Positions 37,590 to 47,196 of a stretch of 64,000 bases of DNA are shown one piece after another. Numbering within the stretch: position 1 is the first letter of the stretch; each line of letters starts with the position of its first letter. Position numbers and translations under genes: made by a program. Source of the DNA: an uncultured Acidimicrobiia bacterium (GTDB taxonomy: Bacteria; Actinomycetota; Acidimicrobiia; Spongiisociales; UBA5794); contig CAXMQQ010000006.1 of NCBI GenBank assembly GCA_964195545.1, positions 27,900-91,899 of the forward strand, written 5' to 3'. Below the pieces are notes generated by a model. That model worked only from the letters and a program-made list of their open reading frames with translations, searched no databases and had not been told where the DNA came from.

Positions 37590-38358
37590 ATGAAATACCG
37601 CACCCTTGGCAGCACCGGGTACGAGGTGTCGGAGATCGGATTCGGGGCGTGGGCAATCGGCGCCGACTCGGGGAGCGTCGACGACACGACCGCGATGGCG
37701 GCCCTCCATGCTGCGGTCGACGCGGGCGTGAACTTCATCGACACAGCGGATGTCTACGGGGACGACCGGAGCTTTTCGAGGCGCTCGACGGTATCAAGGG
37801 GAAGGGAAGAATCCGGCACTACGGCGTCAGCGTCGAACGGGTCGAGGAGGCGATGAAGGCCATCGAGTTTCCCGGCGTAGAGACGGTCCAGATCATCTAC
37901 AACATGTTCCGTCAGCGGCCCGTGGAGCGGTTCTTCGATCTCGCCAATACCGCGAGCATCGGGATCATCGTACGGGTCCCCCTTGCGGGCGGCTTGCTCT
38001 CCGGAAGGATGACCGCCGATACTGTGTTCGCCACCGACGACCTCCGTGCCTACAACCGCCAAGGTGAGGCGTTCGACGTTGGGGAGACCTTCGCTGGCGT
38101 TCCGTTCGAAGTTGGACTCGGTGCCGTGAGCGGGTTGACCGGTACGCAACCGGAGGGTTCAACCATGGCGCAATTCGCGCTGCGGTGGATCCTCATGAGC
38201 GACGCGGTGTCGACGGCGATCCCCGGTGCGAAGAACGCCGAGCAGGCGGTCGCCAATGCAGCGGTATCGGATCCTCCGCCCATCGACGACGGCGCCATGG
38301 GGAACGTTGCCGAGGTGCACGAACAGTCGATCAAACCGTTCGCCACACCCGCTGGTAG
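37590..38358 (+). pseudogene. Aldo/keto reductase with internal deletion and two frameshifts
   Basis: The N-terminus (MKYRTLGSTGYEVSEIGFGAWAIG...NFIDTADVYGDDR) jumps at about 37767 into another frame that continues ELFEALDGIKGKGRIRHYGVS. About 75 aa carrying the catalytic Lys and His are missing. The typical H-x-R-W-stop ending (HTRW, TAG at 38356) is in a third frame. Confidence 0.75.
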
Positions 38359-38382
38359 TCGCCACGGCCTATCGTCTCCATC

Positions 38383-39207
38383 ATGCGTATCGGATATCAG
38401 GGAGAGCCGGGCTCCTACAGCTACCGGGCTGTTGGCGAGTTGTTCCCGGATTGTGAACCGGTCGGCCTCAAAGGATTCGCGACGGCCTTTGCGTCTCTAG
38501 AGAGCAGTGAGGTCGATCGGCTCGTCGTGCCCGTCGAGAACTCGACCACCGGATCGGTACTCCCAGTGCTTGATCGTCTCCCCGGGGGCGTGGCCCTCCA
38601 ACCGTTTGCGATCGTCGCCGAACACCTCGTCGAAGTCCGCCACGCCATCCTCGGAGTCCCTGGAGCGTCGATCGTTGACGTACGGGAGGTGCGGTCCCAC
38701 CCAGAGGCGCTGTCCCAGGCGGAGCACCATCTCCTTGCCCTCGGTGTCGAGTCATTCGCCCGCCATGACACCGCAGGCGCGGTCAGGGAGGTTGCCGAAC
38801 TCGGAGATCCGACGATCGCGGCGCTGGCACCGCCCGGGGCTGCAGAGATCCACGGGCTTGAGATCCTGGAGCGGGACGTCATGGACCGCGATCACAACAC
38901 CACCCGCTTCGTGGTGCTCGCGCCCGGAGAAGCCCAGGTCGATCCGGACGAGGACAAGACGACGATGCTGTTCACGACGTCCCACACGCCGGGAGCCTTG
39001 GCACTAGTGCTTGCCGAACTCGGTCTGCGGGGAGCCAACCTGACGCGGATCGAGTCCCGCCCGTCAACCGAGGCCTGGTCGTACCGGTTCTTCGTCGATC
39101 TCGTCCACGAACCCGGACCGGCTGGACTCGCCAGAGTGATCGATCCCCCGCCAGCGACCTGCGCCGAACTCTGGGTTCTCGGCAGCTACGTTCGGGTGGC
39201 GGAGTAG
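38383..39207 (+). CDS. pheA: Prephenate dehydratase
   Basis: GYQGEPGSYS N-terminus, a TRF motif and an ESRP ACT-domain motif. Confidence 0.9.
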   Translation: MRIGYQGEPGSYSYRAVGELFPDCEPVGLKGFATAFASLESSEVDRLVVPVENSTTGSVLPVLDRLPGGVALQPFAIVAEHLVEVRHAILGVPGASIVDVREVRSHPEALSQAEHHLLALGVESFARHDTAGAVREVAELGDPTIAALAPPGAAEIHGLEILERDVMDRDHNTTRFVVLAPGEAQVDPDEDKTTMLFTTSHTPGALALVLAELGLRGANLTRIESRPSTEAWSYRFFVDLVHEPGPAGLARVIDPPPATCAELWVLGSYVRVAE

Positions 39208-39243
39208 CCAGGTCCGCATCGTCGAGGAGTTCGACAACTACCG

Positions 39244-40143
39244 TTGAGTTCGGAGGCACAACGGATGGCGACCAGCACAGCGAGCTTCGGCGCGGGAAGA
39301 CGGGAGAGTCACGATTCTTCCGCGTTCTACGCACGCCGTATGACGCGTTCTTCGCAACCGGGAGACGTCGGCGAAGTTCGCGATGCGCCGGCCAACGTGC
39401 TCGATCAGATCTTCGTGCAGTCATCAGAGTCGATGAATCAACTTCCCGACAACTGCGTGGCCCTGATGGTGACCTCGCCGCCGTACAACGTCGGGAAGGA
39501 CTACGACGAAGATCTCGATCTCGAGGAGTACCTGGGGCTGCTCCGACGGGTCTTTACCGAGACGTACCGGGTCATCGAGCCCGGAGGCCGGGTCGCTGTG
39601 AACGTGGCGAACCTCGGTCGCAAGCCGTATCTCCCTCTCAACCATCTCGTCGGCGGCCTTCTGACCGAGATCGGTTTCCTGCTGCGCGGCGAGGTCATCT
39701 GGAAGAAGGCCAAAGCCGCGGGTGGTTCGACTGCGTGGGGGTCGTGGCAGTCAGCGAAGAACCCGACGCTTCGCGATGTACATGAGTACGTCCTGGTTGC
39801 ATCGAAGGAGTCGTTCCGACGTGAGCGGCAGGGCGATGACACGATCTCGAAGGAGGACTTCCTCGCTGCGACGATGTCCGTCTGGGACATCCTTCCCGAG
39901 TCGGCGCGCAGAGTCGGACACCCTGCGCCGTTCCCGACCGAACTACCGCGGCGTCTGATCGAGTTGTACACCTTCACAGGAGACCTCGTGCTCGATCCGT
40001 TCCTCGGATCCGGATCAACGGCAGTCGCAGCGGCACAGACCGGGAGGCACTTCGTCGGCTACGAGACCGATTCGGAGTACGCCGCTCTTGCTGAGAGCCG
40101 GATCGCGTCTGCAGGGGCCGGTCGTAGGAGCACTACCGGGTGA
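39244..40143 (+). CDS. Beta-class DNA methyltransferase (N4-C or N6-A), apparently orphan
   Basis: Motif IV TSPPY precedes motif I DPFLGSGST (PF01555-type order). The start could instead be the ATG at 39265. Confidence 0.88.
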   Translation: MSSEAQRMATSTASFGAGRRESHDSSAFYARRMTRSSQPGDVGEVRDAPANVLDQIFVQSSESMNQLPDNCVALMVTSPPYNVGKDYDEDLDLEEYLGLLRRVFTETYRVIEPGGRVAVNVANLGRKPYLPLNHLVGGLLTEIGFLLRGEVIWKKAKAAGGSTAWGSWQSAKNPTLRDVHEYVLVASKESFRRERQGDDTISKEDFLAATMSVWDILPESARRVGHPAPFPTELPRRLIELYTFTGDLVLDPFLGSGSTAVAAAQTGRHFVGYETDSEYAALAESRIASAGAGRRSTTG

Positions 40144-40799
40144 CCGACGTGTCGAACCGATCGGACGCCTCGATGGAGAGGGCCGTTCTCGCGACCGTGC
40201 CACTCCTCGCGATCGGTCTCATTGGATCGACGCCGCTCCTCTTCATCCGATGGTCCCCCCCTCCGCTCACCATCGTCATCGCCCATCTAGCAGTACTTGT
40301 TCTCCTCGGATTGATAGCGGTGATCCGTCTCGCACCGTTGGCCGGTAGCGACTGGTTCAAGGGGCAGTCGTGGTCGCCGTTCTGGCGATTGGCCGCTTCA
40401 GGGATTTCGGTGGTGTTTCTCGTGACCGGCATGGTCGGACTTGTAGCGCTGGCATCGTCGGCCGCGCTGCGGTACCCGCCCTCTCTGCAGTTCCTCCAAT
40501 TGCTCTCGGCACTCGACATCGCATGGGCCGGTGCAGCCCTCGTGATTGGGGTCTACCGGGCATGGCGTCTCCCCGCTGCGGTGACGGCCGGGACCGTGCT
40601 CACGATCATCTGTGTCTGGTCGATCTGGCGATATCTCGACATCGTCGGCTTCGGCCCGGCGGGTGAGTGGATCGTCGACTCTGAAGCGCTGGCGAAGTAC
40701 GTGCTGTCGTTCGACGTAGCCGCGGCGGTGACGGCCGTTGTGGCGTTCGTGTTCGGGACACGCCGTCAGGCGATGGAGCAAGCGAGTCCCCAGTCGTAG
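40140..40799 (+). CDS. Polytopic membrane protein of unknown function
   Basis: About six hydrophobic helices. GTGA overlap with the methyltransferase stop. Confidence 0.6.
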   Translation: MTDVSNRSDASMERAVLATVPLLAIGLIGSTPLLFIRWSPPPLTIVIAHLAVLVLLGLIAVIRLAPLAGSDWFKGQSWSPFWRLAASGISVVFLVTGMVGLVALASSAALRYPPSLQFLQLLSALDIAWAGAALVIGVYRAWRLPAAVTAGTVLTIICVWSIWRYLDIVGFGPAGEWIVDSEALAKYVLSFDVAAAVTAVVAFVFGTRRQAMEQASPQS

Positions 40800-41542
40800 G
40801 CCGCATACTCGACCTTTGGCGATGTCGTGACCACCCAATCAGCATCGGTGTCTGGAAGCCATCGTGCAACGACCTTCGAGAGGTCGCTCTTCAGCGAGGG
40901 CAACAGCGTGGGCATCCGATGCGGACGGGTGAAGTCGCCCCCGTACCAAAGGAAGATGCGAGAGAGCCTCAGCGTCCCTGTGGCCCGATTGACCGCCGCA
41001 CCGCCACCGGCGATGAACGAGCGCATTTGGTCGTCGAGTTGAGCGTCGAGGTTCTCGCCGAACGGCTCGTATCTGAGCGTCGGACAGGACGCAGATCCAC
41101 AGACCAGGGCGCCGTGGATTCGGAGATCTCCGAACCGGCGGATCTTCCCGTGTTCGATGTCGTTCAGCGAGAGCGACTCGCCGGAGATCGTCGCCCACGT
41201 CGCATCGAATACGCCAGGTGTCCGCAAGACCGTCGGGGCACCGTCTTCGAAGGCGTCTGAGGCGATAGCGAGTGCTCCTGCGTTGTAGAGATTGAGCCAG
41301 AAGGCGAGCGCTCCGTCACAAGAGAGCGAGTCAGGATCAACAGTCTGCATCCGGTCTCGGAATCCATCGAGGGACCCTCGCTCGGTGGGGAGTGCAGCGA
41401 TCCCGCCGGAACGCAGCGTTTCGAGGACGCTCCCGAGGTCGGCCGAGTCAACCGTGCCCGCTCCCGACGGATCGGGTCGACGGGTTCGACGGGCCCGAAG
41501 GATCGAGATCGCTACTGCGATCGGATTGGGTTGGTCGGTCAT
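40766..41542 (-). CDS. DUF547 domain protein
   Basis: FWLNLYNA and RIHGALVCGSASCP motifs characteristic of DUF547. Confidence 0.8.
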   Translation of the reverse strand: MTDQPNPIAVAISILRARRTRRPDPSGAGTVDSADLGSVLETLRSGGIAALPTERGSLDGFRDRMQTVDPDSLSCDGALAFWLNLYNAGALAIASDAFEDGAPTVLRTPGVFDATWATISGESLSLNDIEHGKIRRFGDLRIHGALVCGSASCPTLRYEPFGENLDAQLDDQMRSFIAGGGAAVNRATGTLRLSRIFLWYGGDFTRPHRMPTLLPSLKSDLSKVVARWLPDTDADWVVTTSPKVEYAAYDWGLACSIA

Positions 41543-41612
41543 CAGGAACGCTCCGGGGAGTAGCTCCCTGGCTCAACGGCACAGATGTGGAGTCTGTTCC
41601 CGCGGTTGGCTG

Positions 41613-42992
41613 TCAGTCTCCGACCGGGCGGGCCTTGTAGAGGCGGAGGAACACGTATCCCGCGACGCCGGCGACGATCGACCCGATGAAGATACCGATC
41701 TTGGCCTCGTCGGAGAACAGGTGCGCGTCAGGACTCGACCGGAAGGCGAGTTCTGAGATGAAGAGCGAGACGGTGAACCCGATTCCTGCGAGGAATCCGA
41801 GACCGATGACGTGGACGAAGGTCGTATGGCGCGGCAGTTGACCCAGGTTGAGCTTGAGACCGAGCCACGTTGCAAGAACGATACCAACCGGTTTGCCGAC
41901 GATGAGGCCGACGGACACACCGAGCGCTACCGGACTGGTCACGGCCTCGATGACATCGATATCGACGAACCGAACTCCGGCGTTGGCAAGGGCGAATAGG
42001 GGGATGATCAGGAACGATGACCATGGATGCAGGGCGTGTTCCCAGCGCTCGAGCGGTGAGACCGACTCCCTTGCTATCGCCGCGAGCTCGAGAGCGTCCT
42101 GGTCGAGTCGGGCGTGGGCCTGCGGCGAGGCGGCGTCTCGATCCCAGCGGTCGAGGATCCACCCTGCTCGCCGTCGGAAATCCACGTCGCTGTAGTAGGC
42201 ACGGGCGGGGACCAGCAATCCGAGGATGACCCCTGCGACGGTGGCGTGCACACCGGATTCGAGGAACGCGAACCATACAAGCAGCGCCAACGGGAGGTAG
42301 AAGATGCCGGCGCGAATCCCTGCCTTGCGGGCCACGGTGATCAGAGCCAGAGCACCGACGGCAACGATCAGCCAGATGAAAGCAAGGTCGTCCGTGTAGA
42401 AGACAGCGATGACGAGAATCGCCCCGATGTCGTCGACGATCGCAAGAGCCAGGAGGAACAGCTTCGCTCCAATAGGGACCCTGGTGGAGAGCAACGCAAT
42501 CACGCCGACGGAGAAAGCGATATCGGTGGCCATCGGGATTCCCCAACCGGCGATCGCATCGGACGGGCCACTCGTTGCTACGAATGCAACGTAGATGAGG
42601 GCAGGGACGATCATCCCACCCAGGGCCGCCACAGCGGGGAGCGACGCCTTCTTCACCGAGTTCAACTCGCCGACGACAAGTTCGCGCTTGATCTCGAGGC
42701 CAACGACGAAGAAGAAGATCGCCATCAGACCGTCGTTGACGAAATGCTTCAGCGATTCGTCGAAGTGGAAGCCCGCAGTGTCGAACGTGATGTGGACGTT
42801 CCAGAACTCGAAGTAGGACTCACCCCATGCCGAGTTCGCCCAGATGAGGGCAAGGATCGTCGCGGCGAGGAGGACGATCGCTCCGGCGGCCTCCGTTTGC
42901 GTGAACTCGAGAGCGGGGCGAACGAAGCGCCGCGGAATCATTTGATCCGAGTGGATCCAGGTCTTGTGGAGGCGTTCGGTGTCTCGATCCAT
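41613..42992 (-). CDS. nhaA: Na+/H+ antiporter NhaA
   Basis: FFFVVGLEIKRE and LAIVDDIGAI motifs, about 12 TM helices. Confidence 0.93.
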   Translation of the reverse strand: MDRDTERLHKTWIHSDQMIPRRFVRPALEFTQTEAAGAIVLLAATILALIWANSAWGESYFEFWNVHITFDTAGFHFDESLKHFVNDGLMAIFFFVVGLEIKRELVVGELNSVKKASLPAVAALGGMIVPALIYVAFVATSGPSDAIAGWGIPMATDIAFSVGVIALLSTRVPIGAKLFLLALAIVDDIGAILVIAVFYTDDLAFIWLIVAVGALALITVARKAGIRAGIFYLPLALLVWFAFLESGVHATVAGVILGLLVPARAYYSDVDFRRRAGWILDRWDRDAASPQAHARLDQDALELAAIARESVSPLERWEHALHPWSSFLIIPLFALANAGVRFVDIDVIEAVTSPVALGVSVGLIVGKPVGIVLATWLGLKLNLGQLPRHTTFVHVIGLGFLAGIGFTVSLFISELAFRSSPDAHLFSDEAKIGIFIGSIVAGVAGYVFLRLYKARPVGD

Positions 42993-43055
42993 GCGATTCC
43001 TGAGAGTAGCGGTCCATGACCGACTGTCTGCTCAGAGGCCTGGGTACCATCCAAG

Positions 43056-44045
43056 GTGTCTCGAAAGGGTTCGGTGCTTCTCGACGTCATCAGGATCATC
43101 GGCGGGCTGATCGCCCTCATCTACGCGGCCAACCGGCTCGCCAAGTCGGCGGTGCGAATCTCACGCGCCTTCGGCGTATCCGTCATCTTCATCGGTGCCG
43201 TCGTGGTTGGCTTCGGGACGTCGGTTCCCGAGTTCGTGGTGTCGGCCCTCGCCGCACTGGAAGGAGAACTCGACCTGGCAGTGGGCAACGTTATCAGTTC
43301 GAACATCTCGAATGTGACCCTCGTTCTTGGGGCGGCAGCATTGATAACTCCGATCGCTGCCAGAAGGCGGGTCATCAAACGTGAGGGTGCCCTCATGTTC
43401 GCGTGTGTTGCTCTACTGGCGGCGTTCCTGGCCAATGGATGGCTCGACGCATGGGAGGGCTTCCTGCTGCTGGGGCTCCTTGGCGGGGCGATTTGGCTGA
43501 TGATCCGGTGGTCGAGCAGCGATCCGGACACCGAACTCAGCCAAATCGAAGGTGCAGACGAGTCGAGGGTCACAAGCGACCAAACGGACATGGCCTTGTG
43601 GCGGAAGACCGTGGGCAAGGAGATCCTCATCGGGGTGGGGGCACTGATCGTGACGGTGATCGCGGCAGACTTCCTTGTCGATGGTGTCCTCGGTGTGGGA
43701 GTGCACTTCGGTCTCTCCACACTGTTCCTTGGCCTGATCACGGGTGTCGGCACGAGCCTCCCTGAGCTCGCTGCTGGTGTCGCCGCTGCGCGCAACCGGG
43801 AGCCGGAGTTGGTCCTCGGGAACGTTCTCGGATCGAACATCTTCAACTCTCTCGGAGTCGTCGGACTGGCAGCGGTTCTCGGGCCGGGAGAGTTGACTGT
43901 GATCACCATCGCCATCCTCGCGATCATGGTCGGAGTGGTCTTCGTGGCCGGCGCCCTCGCGCTCACCGGAAGGCGTATCACCCGCGTCGAAGGCGGAATC
44001 CTGCTTGCAGCGTTCGCCGCCTTCGCTGTCTACGCGTTCGTTTGA
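43056..44045 (+). CDS. CaCA-family cation/Ca2+ antiporter (YrbG-like)
   Basis: Two alpha-repeats, GTSVPEF and GTSLPEL. Confidence 0.88.
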   Translation: MSRKGSVLLDVIRIIGGLIALIYAANRLAKSAVRISRAFGVSVIFIGAVVVGFGTSVPEFVVSALAALEGELDLAVGNVISSNISNVTLVLGAAALITPIAARRRVIKREGALMFACVALLAAFLANGWLDAWEGFLLLGLLGGAIWLMIRWSSSDPDTELSQIEGADESRVTSDQTDMALWRKTVGKEILIGVGALIVTVIAADFLVDGVLGVGVHFGLSTLFLGLITGVGTSLPELAAGVAAARNREPELVLGNVLGSNIFNSLGVVGLAAVLGPGELTVITIAILAIMVGVVFVAGALALTGRRITRVEGGILLAAFAAFAVYAFV

Positions 44046-44055
44046 TACAAGACGT

Positions 44056-46623
44056 CTACGGCGTGGGCACCAGGACTTGCGTCGTCTCTGCTGCCGCGTC
44101 GATCTGAGCCCTCGTCCAGTTCATCGGGGAGTACTCGCCGGCAAGCCAGAGGGGGATCATGTCGTCGTAGTGGGGATGGTCCGTGTGCCCCGACTGGCCG
44201 GTCGTATGGGTTGTGAGGGAGCGCGAGAGGTCGCCGAGGTCGACGACCATCCGCATCGATGGGAGCCACGTCGTTTCGAAACCTTCATACGCTGTCCATC
44301 CGGTCGCATTGACGAGGTCTCCGCCACCCGATGTGGGGAACGGGCCCCTGTTGAAGCGGTCTTCGATCGCACCGAATCCAGAGTCGCCGAGCGTCTGGTT
44401 CCGGAACACGGAACCGTGCAATTCGCCCCATTTCCAGCTCGTCGGATCGTCGTTGAACCGCCCGGTGAGGTCGTCGTATGCGGTGTCGAGCGAGCGCTGG
44501 AGGATCGCGTCGCGATCCTCGACCTCAACGGTCTCTTTGTCATCCCAGAACGGATCGTCGGGGTTCTCGAGCATCTGTCCGACGACGTAGAACCAGCGTC
44601 CGGCACCGTTCGGCCAGTAGTCCTCCGGGAGGTCGTCGTGGAAGGTGAACTCCATGATCCGGGCCCAGACGGAATTGAAGGCGGCCGCACCGGCAGAGTC
44701 GGCCTGGTTGCCAAGGTCCCACGCCGCCAATACGTCGTTGATCGGTGACGAGATGCTTGTGAGGTGGGGCAGCACTTGCTCCGCGTTCAGGCTGTACGAG
44801 TCGAATTGGATCGAGGCATGCTGATCGAGACCGATGCCGGTGTTCGAGCCGACGAGATCGACGACCCGCCGAGCGCGGTAGCCGTAGTTCCAGTCGTACG
44901 TGAGCATGTACGGGTAGGTGTCATCGACGACCGCATTGTTCGCCGTCACGATGTAGCCGCTTTCAGGGTTGAAGGACCGCGGGAGTTCGTCGAAGGGGAT
45001 GTGCCCGGTCCACTCGTATTCATCCGTCCAGCCGGGCACGGGGAGGGTCCCATCGCCGTTCGCCCGGATCGGGATCCTGCCTGGCGACTGGTATCCGATG
45101 TTGCCTTCGATGTCGGCATACACGACGTTCTGCGCCGGTACGGAGAACGAACGCAGAGCGTCGCGGAAGTCGTCGAAGTCCGCAGCCGTGTCGAGTCCAA
45201 TGAACGTCTCAACGATGCCCGGATTCGCGTCGAGAGCGGTCCAACGGAGAGCGATCGCGTACGGCTCCGGTGTCTCGATGCCGGAATCCTCGATTTCCTC
45301 CAGGTCGCCGTAGGCATCTGAGATGACAGGGCCGTGTCTTGTGGCTTTGACCTCGATCGTGATCGGGTCACCTCCTGCCACCTCGATCGTCTCCGCCCTG
45401 ACCTCCATGTCGACCCAGGCGCCGTTCACCTCGTATTGATTCGGATTCGCGGGGTTGATCTTCTCGACGAAGAGGTCCTGCACATCGGGTCCCAGGTTGG
45501 TGAATCCCCATGCGATGTTTGCATTGTGACCGATCACGACACCGGGCACACCTGCGAATGAGAAGCCCGCTACGTCGAACGGACAGGCGTCCGACACGTC
45601 GTTGCAGTGAAGACCGATCTGGTACCAGATCGAGGGCATCTGGATCCCGAGATGGGGATCGTTGGCAAGGATCGGTGCACCGGTGTCGGTGTGCTCCCCG
45701 GACACGACCCATGAGTTGGAGCCGATGCCTGCCTCGGGATCACCGGCGCCGAGAGCCGTAACGAGGTCGAGCTTCGCCTGTACAGAGGTGAGGGCAGAGC
45801 GGACCCCCTGGGTCGCGTGAAGCGAAGCGGTGGGGGTCGAGCCTTGGATCAGCTCGTTCGCCGGCACGATGTAGGGGTTGATGTCACCAGGGTACGGTGG
45901 GAACAGTTGGGCGACTTGCTCCTCGCTGAGAGACCCGAGCAGCATCGCTCGCTCGATCTCGGCATCCATGTTGCCGCGCAGATCCCATGCCATCGCGATG
46001 CCCCACGTCAGTGTGTCGACGGGATTCCACGGTTCGGGGTCGTACCCATGGTTGAGCAGCTCGAGGATCGTGTACTCGAAGCTCAGGTCGCTGGGTGACT
46101 GCGTTGAGATGTAGGCGTTCACACCCGCCGAGTAGGCCTCCATGATCTCTTGATCCTCGGGTGTAGCGGCAGCGAACTGCGCGGTGGCGACGTCGTGCCA
46201 ACCGAGGGTTCGCAGGAAGGTGTCGGTCTCCACCTGTGACTCTCCGAACATCTCCGAGAGGCGCCCGGCACCGATGTGACGCCACACGTCCATCTGCCAG
46301 AACCGCTCCTGGGCGTGAACGAATCCCTGCGCCACGAAGAGATCATGCGGGTTGGCGGCGTAGATGTGAGGAATGCCCATGTTGTCCCGCACGACCTCGA
46401 CGCTCGCTTCAAGATCGGCAATGGCGAGCTCGCCTTCAACATCGGGGAAGGCGCGCCGTACCGAGACCCGGCCGAAGACCGTCACGCTGAGGACGACGAT
46501 CATGATGAGTGCCGCGATAGCTCCGAGCACGATCTTCCACCATCTGCGCGACTGCTTTCGCCCGTCGCCCGGCGCTGCTGGATCACTCATGACCGGCGAT
46601 CGTACTCGTTTCACGAGGGGCAA
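44056..46623 (-). CDS. Penicillin acylase family (Ntn-hydrolase) protein
   Basis: N-terminal TM/signal region and a GSNSW autoprocessing nucleophile motif. About 850 aa. The start may be the ATG at 46590. Confidence 0.9.
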   Translation of the reverse strand: MPLVKRVRSPVMSDPAAPGDGRKQSRRWWKIVLGAIAALIMIVVLSVTVFGRVSVRRAFPDVEGELAIADLEASVEVVRDNMGIPHIYAANPHDLFVAQGFVHAQERFWQMDVWRHIGAGRLSEMFGESQVETDTFLRTLGWHDVATAQFAAATPEDQEIMEAYSAGVNAYISTQSPSDLSFEYTILELLNHGYDPEPWNPVDTLTWGIAMAWDLRGNMDAEIERAMLLGSLSEEQVAQLFPPYPGDINPYIVPANELIQGSTPTASLHATQGVRSALTSVQAKLDLVTALGAGDPEAGIGSNSWVVSGEHTDTGAPILANDPHLGIQMPSIWYQIGLHCNDVSDACPFDVAGFSFAGVPGVVIGHNANIAWGFTNLGPDVQDLFVEKINPANPNQYEVNGAWVDMEVRAETIEVAGGDPITIEVKATRHGPVISDAYGDLEEIEDSGIETPEPYAIALRWTALDANPGIVETFIGLDTAADFDDFRDALRSFSVPAQNVVYADIEGNIGYQSPGRIPIRANGDGTLPVPGWTDEYEWTGHIPFDELPRSFNPESGYIVTANNAVVDDTYPYMLTYDWNYGYRARRVVDLVGSNTGIGLDQHASIQFDSYSLNAEQVLPHLTSISSPINDVLAAWDLGNQADSAGAAAFNSVWARIMEFTFHDDLPEDYWPNGAGRWFYVVGQMLENPDDPFWDDKETVEVEDRDAILQRSLDTAYDDLTGRFNDDPTSWKWGELHGSVFRNQTLGDSGFGAIEDRFNRGPFPTSGGGDLVNATGWTAYEGFETTWLPSMRMVVDLGDLSRSLTTHTTGQSGHTDHPHYDDMIPLWLAGEYSPMNWTRAQIDAAAETTQVLVPTP

Positions 46624-46643
46624 ACGCGTCGTACCATGGTCAT

Positions 46644-47141
46644 ATGACAGATACGACCGAGTCGGTAGAGACGAACAGCGACGACGAGCCGATCACTCCG
46701 CAGGTGGTCGACACCCCCGTGATTGAGGGACGTGAGAACGGCGGTACTTTCGTAACCGAACCCTCGAAACTCATCCGGATCGCCTCGATGACGAAGGCGA
46801 TGCTCGAAGAGGTCCGGGCATCGGGTATGGACGATCTCGGGCGGCAGCGGCTTCTCGCCGTCTACCACCGATCCATCGACGAATTGAGAGACGTGCTCTC
46901 CGACGATCTCAAAGACGAGCTCGATTCGATCTTCGTACCGCTCGAGACTGAGACCCCGACCGAGGCAGAGATCAGGGTCGCTCAGGCACAACTCGTCGGA
47001 TGGCTTGAAGGGCTCTTCCATGGGATCCAGGCTTCCCTGTGGTCACAGCAGATGTCGGCGCAGGCTCAACTCGAGCAGATGAGCAGCCGGCGGGCACTCG
47101 AAGCGCCCGACGATGAAGATAGACCGGGGCTCTACCTGTAA
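46644..47141 (+). CDS. bpa: Bacterial proteasome activator Bpa (PafE)
   Basis: AQAQLVGWLEGLFHGIQ core as in mycobacterial Bpa. C-terminal ...GLYL resembles the GQYL proteasome-docking tail. Confidence 0.85.
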   Translation: MTDTTESVETNSDDEPITPQVVDTPVIEGRENGGTFVTEPSKLIRIASMTKAMLEEVRASGMDDLGRQRLLAVYHRSIDELRDVLSDDLKDELDSIFVPLETETPTEAEIRVAQAQLVGWLEGLFHGIQASLWSQQMSAQAQLEQMSSRRALEAPDDEDRPGLYL

Positions 47142-47196
47142 CTCGCTCCGGCTCCGAGGGCCGGCGATCGCCTGCTCGCTACGATGTCCACATCCA

